From IMG/VR virus record IMGVR_UViG_3300025012_000053, positions 1 through 64,000 of that record: a DNA stretch of 64,000 bases; one strand, given 5' to 3'. The DNA comes from a virus. A program made the translations under genes and the position numbers. Shown in pieces: positions 58,495-64,000 of this stretch. The notes under the pieces were generated by a model. It saw only the letters and a list, made by a program, of their open reading frames with translations. It was not told the origin of the DNA and searched no databases. Position 1 is the first letter of the stretch; every line of letters starts with the position of its first letter.

Positions 58495-59504
58495 ATAAAG
58501 TTTTCATATTCAATCTTTTCTTTGATCCATATAGGATTATCGTTATGCATAAACCCTTCAAGCATATTGACATTATGAGTGAATACACATCCCTGGCAAT
58601 CTCTGTTTGCATTGAAAGGCTGATCTATACTTCTACTCATATATTGCTTTATATCTTTTGCCACGCATAATGCATATTTCATATCAAAATATCCTGAATT
58701 ATCGTTTAATGGTATGCTATCACAAGGAAATACTATGCCACCAAAGATCTCACTTAAATATGGACGAAAATATGACTGATGACAGATATTACTTACTGGT
58801 GCTTCTTTCTTCTTATGTTGAATAAAGAACCTGTTGTCATATTCTCTTCCAAGCCATTGATCGATCTCTTTATAACTATCTTCAATTTCTTCGTCTGTTT
58901 GCAGACAATCTGGAAGTACCCTGATATACTTTGCATTTATATGATCCGCTATTGTTACAAGATCATCCGGAGCGAATCTTTTATTTTCCCCTGAATAAAC
59001 GAAACTCAGTCCTACAGTGGTATTCTTTCCAAATTGCTTACTATTATCCATGAAGGAGCGTATCCAGTAATCATCATAATTGACACTTACGCGCACCCAG
59101 GAGAAAGGATACATATATATATAAGGTATGGTTGTTCCATTTGTTATAAGAGCTATTTCTTTTATTCCAGATCTGTGACTTCTGAGTAAATGAATAAGTT
59201 TATCAAACTGAGGATATAATGTAGGTTCACCACCACCGGTTAATATGACAGCTTTACAGCCAAGATCAACTACATCTTCAATGTATCTTTTAATAACATC
59301 GAGTTCTAATCGTTCATGTTTTGCCCTTTTTATAACACTACAATACTTACATTTAAGATTACATCGGCCTTCAGGTGATATATGAGTTGAGACTATTGTT
59401 CGTGAATAACCTTTTTTGTAATTCTCCATCTGAGATTTATGTCTGAAAAACTTCAATCCTGTTGAAGTATATATGTCTATATTTCTCATAATCGTATTCT
59501 CCAT
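58491..59504 (-). CDS. Radical SAM enzyme with a C-terminal SPASM/twitch-like Cys cluster
   Basis: CNLKCKYC, TGGGEP, ITNG; C-terminal C...VFPC...CQGC. Confidence 0.88.
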   Translation of the reverse strand: MENTIMRNIDIYTSTGLKFFRHKSQMENYKKGYSRTIVSTHISPEGRCNLKCKYCSVIKRAKHERLELDVIKRYIEDVVDLGCKAVILTGGGEPTLYPQFDKLIHLLRSHRSGIKEIALITNGTTIPYIYMYPFSWVRVSVNYDDYWIRSFMDNSKQFGKNTTVGLSFVYSGENKRFAPDDLVTIADHINAKYIRVLPDCLQTDEEIEDSYKEIDQWLGREYDNRFFIQHKKKEAPVSNICHQSYFRPYLSEIFGGIVFPCDSIPLNDNSGYFDMKYALCVAKDIKQYMSRSIDQPFNANRDCQGCVFTHNVNMLEGFMHNDNPIWIKEKIEYENFI

Positions 59505-60976
59505 AGTCTCTTAGGATAACCAAGTCTATATCTTACAACATCTATACATACCTGTAAAAGCTTCAATTGATAGTGGGCAATATTAGAATAAGTGGCATGT
59601 TTGATTTTTTCTTCTCTTAATATCTTATTCATATAAATCCCTTCCCTGTTTTTATATTCTATCTGTATCTCTTTAACTGTAGAGTCGATAGCATATATCA
59701 TCTTGTTCTCTTTTATAAAGATAGTTTTGTTTCCTGTATTTTCAATTTTAGTGACATAAGTTTCAAAATCAAAATACTCTTCATAGAACTGAGAACCTTT
59801 TGTAGGTCTTATCCCCAATGATAACCCACATGTATAAAAAGGATCCTGAATAAATTCTATTGTCTTCTCTATTGTTTCTTCAAGATCCCATAATAGCGTT
59901 CCGGGTGTTATAAGCATCAATGTCATGAATGTTTCAATATTGTATTCCTTCAATTTGACAAGTGCTTCGATATTCTTTTCTGCAGTGCACTTTTTTCCTA
60001 TCTCAATAAGTACATTATCGGAGAATGATTCTATACCGATATTGAGTCTTCTGAACCCTGCCTTTTTCATTATAGGAAGGATATCGTCATTGATATCATC
60101 GGCCCGGGCAAAACACATGTACGATAAATCATCAAGTCCTTTATCAATTACTCTTTGACAGAACTGCATAACAGTTTTCTTATTGATGCAAAAATCGTCA
60201 TCGGTAATATATATGGTCCGTACAAGAGGATGTGCCTTCCTTATTCTTAAGATCAGATCCGTCAATATATCGGCATCAATCCCATAAGAAACTACATTAC
60301 ATCCTGCAGCATCAGGTAACTGATTCGTAGATGTACAGAACTTACAATGATGAGGGCACATGTTACGCGAGTATATCCTTATTGTATAGATCTGCTGAAG
60401 TATCTCATCGGTAATATTGTCTCCATATTTCTTAAGATAATAATCCCAATATGTTTCATAATTTATATTTTCCCAATCTATCTGAGAAGTAAATATCTCG
60501 AATTCTTCCTGGCTTAGACTTCTTGCTTTATTCTTAATGATTATTCCGGGTATTAACTCAAGATCATACTCATCACATATTAATAGCATAGGCATCTCTC
60601 CTTCTCCAATTACAACTATATCGCATGGAGACTTATCGAGTATTGTCTGGTAGTTGTACTGAGCTTCTATGCCACCGGCAATAAGCATTGCATTTGGAAG
60701 AATATCTCTTGTGGTCCAAACATTACTGAGATCTTTAGCAAGTGTCTCTTCAAGACAGGAGAATCCTATTATATCCCAATCTTTCTCTTTGAGTTTATCT
60801 TCAACAGACATATAAGAATCACTAAGATCATGGAGGTTAGGATCGAATGCCTCTGCATAATGACCATTGGCATTAAGTACTCCTGCTATCCTGTTAACAC
60901 CCATAGCAGGACTTACATACCTGCTTTCATTAAGTCTGTTCGAAGAATGCGGCGATATCAGAAGGATTTGTTTCAT
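59486..60976 (-). CDS. B12-binding (class B-like) radical SAM enzyme (start revised to MKQILL)
   Basis: PAMG...DIIGFS...IAGG...VIGEGE cobalamin-binding domain; SRNMCPHHCKFC; TDDDF; GIES. Confidence 0.88.
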   Translation of the reverse strand: MKQILLISPHSSNRLNESRYVSPAMGVNRIAGVLNANGHYAEAFDPNLHDLSDSYMSVEDKLKEKDWDIIGFSCLEETLAKDLSNVWTTRDILPNAMLIAGGIEAQYNYQTILDKSPCDIVVIGEGEMPMLLICDEYDLELIPGIIIKNKARSLSQEEFEIFTSQIDWENINYETYWDYYLKKYGDNITDEILQQIYTIRIYSRNMCPHHCKFCTSTNQLPDAAGCNVVSYGIDADILTDLILRIRKAHPLVRTIYITDDDFCINKKTVMQFCQRVIDKGLDDLSYMCFARADDINDDILPIMKKAGFRRLNIGIESFSDNVLIEIGKKCTAEKNIEALVKLKEYNIETFMTLMLITPGTLLWDLEETIEKTIEFIQDPFYTCGLSLGIRPTKGSQFYEEYFDFETYVTKIENTGNKTIFIKENKMIYAIDSTVKEIQIEYKNREGIYMNKILREEKIKHATYSNIAHYQLKLLQVCIDVVRYRLGYPKRLWRIRL

Positions 60977-61799
60977 TATATATTTTGAGTAAGATTTTTT
61001 CCGGCAACTCCCTTCCATTATATGGTATTGCACGGGATATTGAGGACCTGTATTGTTTTGATATCTCAAGATCCCTGTTATTAGTTTCATAATCCCATGT
61101 CATCCACATATCAAGCCAGTTTTCATCAGGGATCGAGTCTCTTATCACGGCAGAGAACGCGAGGGCTGTAAGATGCTTCCAGTACATCACCTTCTCTGAT
61201 ATAGCAAATCCGAAATTATGAACAAAGCTATTGAGGACTTTTATGTTACTTGTCTCTCCATTTCCTTTTGTTACCGGTAATTTTGATAAGTTTGTCATGT
61301 TCCAGAATACTACTCCTGTCCTGGCTGGTCTTTCCGGAATACGAAATAAATGAGTCTTCCATAACTCTACCTGTTTTGTCTTCGCGGATTGATATCCTTT
61401 CTCGATAAACTCATTAAAGGATGCTTCAACCTGGTCCTTTCGAAATACATGATCAACTTCCGGGATAATAAATATATCAGGTTTGCCATGATTGGGAATG
61501 ACATAGTTGTTTATAAGTGTGGTGTAAAGATTCCAGGGTACGGAATAAGGATTCATCTCTTTAGTCTGCTCGATAAGGATTATCTTCGAATTATTAAGAT
61601 CCCTGATCTTTTGAACCACGTCATCAAACTTCTCAGGAAACTTAATCTTTACACCTTTATATATACACTCAGATACATTTCCCCAGGGTTTGTTTGTCCA
61701 GAATACAAATATTCTATCAACGTGATCAATGATCGATAATATAGATTCCTGAATGTAATCTTCCCCATAGAGACACCGGTAGACCGCGTATGTTATCAT
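60930..61799 (-). CDS. GT-A fold (GT2-like) glycosyltransferase
   Basis: YGEDYIQESILSIIDHVDRIFV...PEVDHVF...VHNFGF. Confidence 0.6.
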   Translation of the reverse strand: MITYAVYRCLYGEDYIQESILSIIDHVDRIFVFWTNKPWGNVSECIYKGVKIKFPEKFDDVVQKIRDLNNSKIILIEQTKEMNPYSVPWNLYTTLINNYVIPNHGKPDIFIIPEVDHVFRKDQVEASFNEFIEKGYQSAKTKQVELWKTHLFRIPERPARTGVVFWNMTNLSKLPVTKGNGETSNIKVLNSFVHNFGFAISEKVMYWKHLTALAFSAVIRDSIPDENWLDMWMTWDYETNNRDLEISKQYRSSISRAIPYNGRELPEKILLKIYNETNPSDIAAFFEQT

Positions 61800-62017
61800 A
61801 TCTTAAACCTGTCAAGTTTCTCCTGCAGTTCCTTTATCCTATCCTTAAGCTGGCCAATAACCATTATAAGTACAAATATTGTCATCCCGGATACAAGTAA
61901 CCAGTGACCAATTCTTGGTATACCAAGGAACCAAAGTAACCAGGCAAGAATGGTTGTTAGCCAGATAATAGTTGAAGTCATATTTTCTTTTAAATAACGT
62001 AAAATAATGTTTGTCAT
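61796..62017 (-). CDS. Small 2-TM membrane protein
   Basis: Two hydrophobic segments; translationally coupled on both sides. Confidence 0.55.
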   Translation of the reverse strand: MTNIILRYLKENMTSTIIWLTTILAWLLWFLGIPRIGHWLLVSGMTIFVLIMVIGQLKDRIKELQEKLDRFKI

Positions 62018-62763
62018 TTTGCTGTGTTTTTAAGGTTTAAGTATTTCTCGATTCTCTCCGTGATCATTTCTGCTGTAGCCATCCGGTTCTTATCGGATAA
62101 CTTGAATACTGTTGTATCTACATTATGAGTATCATTGTTTCTCCACTGCATGTAGGTATTGTCTCTTGGTGAACTGCCATTACTGAAATGAAGATGTTTT
62201 ATTACTACCTCAGGAATATACTTTGTTACTCCTGTTTTTTTTGCAATATCGAACACCCAGGTATCATGATAGAAGAAATGGAAGCAATCAGGAACGAAAT
62301 ATCCCAGGGCCCCGACCCAATGTTTTGTAACTATAGGAAACGCACAATGCTTTTCACCATTTATACTATCATCAAAATAATAACAGAAAAATGGATGTTC
62401 TGCTGCCATCAGTCTTTCTTCAAGGATAATATCCCAATCAGGTGTGATATAAACAAGATCATCATTTCCCATTATAAATACATCAGGACTATCGTTCCAT
62501 GCTTTCATTCTGGCCAGTTCATTCCAGATCTTACCTATCGGCCGGCGTTCCTCTTCAATCATGGTCATTATAATATTGTCATGACTATGATCCTGCATCA
62601 TACGAAGTATATCATAATAGTCTTTTTTCCCTGGATCATCTGAATCTATTCCAAACAGGAAATAGATTTTATTTTGCCGGCTTACAGTCTTATTAATACT
62701 GTCAAAAAACCTGTAAAGCTCTTTTGGTCTTTGTCTTGTTGGTGTAAGGATAGCTATCTTCAT
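62014..62763 (-). CDS. GT2-family glycosyltransferase
   Basis: IAILTPTRQRP, GIDSDD, WNELA, MGNDD, FFYHDTW, IKHLH. Confidence 0.82.
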   Translation of the reverse strand: MKIAILTPTRQRPKELYRFFDSINKTVSRQNKIYFLFGIDSDDPGKKDYYDILRMMQDHSHDNIIMTMIEEERRPIGKIWNELARMKAWNDSPDVFIMGNDDLVYITPDWDIILEERLMAAEHPFFCYYFDDSINGEKHCAFPIVTKHWVGALGYFVPDCFHFFYHDTWVFDIAKKTGVTKYIPEVVIKHLHFSNGSSPRDNTYMQWRNNDTHNVDTTVFKLSDKNRMATAEMITERIEKYLNLKNTAK

Positions 62764-63068
62764 ATTTTTTTCATTATTAAATTCTTAAATATTATAACTT
62801 TCTCAGCAGTATATGGAGTCCTGAAACTTGTACCAAAAGCATAGAATATAATATCTCTTGTCATAGTGTCATCATCTATATCCGGGTCAACCCAAAAAGC
62901 GCCGATCTCATTTTCATCAATATATAAATCAGTAAGTTTCTCTTTAACATCAAGATCTGCTTTTGTGACTTTGTTTTTCTCAAAGCCCATAGTCTCATTT
63001 TCATCCAGAAGTTTCTGTATCTTTTCTTTCTTTGAAGTATCGACAATATATATCTGTAGTAGTATCAT
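62760..63068 (-). CDS. Hypothetical protein, 102 aa
   Basis: Co-oriented, ATGA-coupled. Confidence 0.55.
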   Translation of the reverse strand: MILLQIYIVDTSKKEKIQKLLDENETMGFEKNKVTKADLDVKEKLTDLYIDENEIGAFWVDPDIDDDTMTRDIIFYAFGTSFRTPYTAEKVIIFKNLIMKKI

Positions 63069-63343
63069 TTAATATAATATTTTGCATATTCATCAATCGC
63101 TTTATTGAAATTGATCAATCCCTGTTTTCCAGTAAACATTATATAAACTCTATCTGAAACTACAGGATCACAACCAATATAATAATTATCTCTTATTGTA
63201 GATAACTTGTTCTTCCAATTGATAGGTTGTACAAGTTGCATAGGGGCAAGTTTGACAGGTTCTTCTGGAATAAGTAGTTTTGGTGCAATAACACCAGCTG
63301 CTACAACTGCAGGGATTAACCTGAGAAATTTTCGTCTATCCAT
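63065..63343 (-). CDS. Small protein with a twin-arginine-like N-terminus and a C-terminal segment similar to the major capsid protein
   Basis: MDRRKFL + hydrophobic stretch; RVYIMFTGKQGLINFNKAIDEYAKYY versus MCP RKVIMRTGKWGAYNFHKAIKNYTTLY. Confidence 0.6.
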   Translation of the reverse strand: MDRRKFLRLIPAVVAAGVIAPKLLIPEEPVKLAPMQLVQPINWKNKLSTIRDNYYIGCDPVVSDRVYIMFTGKQGLINFNKAIDEYAKYYIK

Positions 63344-63719
63344 AAATTAATGAAATATCATATATCCCTAATTCTCTCCTTTTTTTTATTATCTCACCTA
63401 TTTCGATAGGCAGATACGCAGTTATTTCTGTAGACATCATAAAGTCATAAAAAACTTCTCGTGGTAAATATTCAGCAAAATGAAACATTATATCAGTACA
63501 TCGTTTTGACCATATAAAACATTCATTTAATTCTTTTCTGAATCGTTGTCTTTCGATATTTCTCTGTCTGAATTCTTCATGTATTTTTTCTCTGTTCGAT
63601 TCAATCTCAGACATACATTCACGATATTCTTTGTCTGATTTAATATTATTATTCATATCACTCCATTTAATATAAAAATAGATTGCAACGAATATTGGTA
63701 ATAAATATAATATTTCCAT
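63336..63719 (-). CDS. Hypothetical protein with an N-terminal TM anchor
   Basis: MEILYLLPIFVAIYFYI followed by a coiled coil. Confidence 0.55.
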   Translation of the reverse strand: MEILYLLPIFVAIYFYIKWSDMNNNIKSDKEYRECMSEIESNREKIHEEFRQRNIERQRFRKELNECFIWSKRCTDIMFHFAEYLPREVFYDFMMSTEITAYLPIEIGEIIKKRRELGIYDISLIYG

Positions 63720-63920
63720 TTAACTCATTGAATAATTAAAGATTCTTTTCTTTCCGCTTCTTCTCCTTCTGATAGTAGTTCCATTATGAATGATACTATA
63801 GAGGTTATCATTATGATCGAAATAAGATATAGAAGTTGCAATAAGATTCATAAACTGAATCTCCTCTACACACTGATAATAGTACTGTCCTGCCTCTTCT
63901 ATGTAATCAATCCTTATCAT
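63720..63920 (-). CDS. Hypothetical protein, 66 aa
   Basis: Co-oriented and abutting both neighbours. Confidence 0.45.
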   Translation of the reverse strand: MIRIDYIEEAGQYYYQCVEEIQFMNLIATSISYFDHNDNLYSIIHNGTTIRRRRSGKKRIFNYSMS

Positions 63921-64000
63921 TTTACTTCTTTAAAAAAATCATCAAATCCACTACCATCTCTCTTATCCGGCTGCCTGGTTTCTCTCCGGACTTTAACTTG

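Noticed and set aside
60977-61090. Longer start of the B12 radical SAM ORF (also the longer starts at 24636 and 31866)
   Set aside because: The extensions overlap upstream genes and look non-coding; downstream ATGs fit the domain starts better.
1184-62643. The many short plus-strand ORFs in the track
   Set aside because: They lie antisense to long, motif-bearing minus-strand genes and show no recognisable domains; treated as shadow ORFs.
1-64000. Stop-codon reassignment as seen in some crAss-like phages
   Set aside because: TerL, portal, MCP and the polyprotein are uninterrupted in the standard code, and TAG and TGA both end genes at coupled junctions.
1-64000. tRNA, rRNA, integrase or transposase genes
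   Set aside because: Intergenic gaps are short and no cloverleaf or recombinase motifs were recognised by eye.

Overview
A 64 kb, AT-rich, tightly packed fragment of a crAss-like phage (Crassvirales-type podovirus, host inferred to be Bacteroidota), read in the standard genetic code. Essentially all real genes are on the minus strand. In transcription order (right to left): small hypothetical genes; a glycan/modification cluster (two GT2-like glycosyltransferases, a B12-dependent radical SAM, a radical SAM, a methyltransferase, an intein-containing UDP-glucose-dehydrogenase-like enzyme); a DUF3127 SSB-like protein, GroES and HU-like/wHTH proteins; terminase, portal, scaffold-like protein and major capsid protein; ring/auxiliary capsid/hub proteins; an accessory fibre island (lectin-like, collagen-like, LRR, a three-transferase-domain glycosyltransferase and signal-peptide-bearing proteins); a lysis cassette; ring proteins and a split muzzle gene carrying nine FN3-like repeats plus a FISUMP domain; two cargo proteins; and a giant ORF (>3589 aa, missing from the ORF track because it runs off the left edge) that joins a membrane-type cargo region, an SF1 helicase, a zincin protease and the start of the virion RNA polymerase. 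Most notable: a candidate virion-fibre glycosylation system, a 92-aa protein carrying a copy of a major capsid protein segment (possible decoy), the split muzzle with an adhesin arm, and 15-bp-periodic TTTATAAA boxes over a Bacteroidota-type promoter. All family assignments come from motif recognition and gene order, not from database searches.
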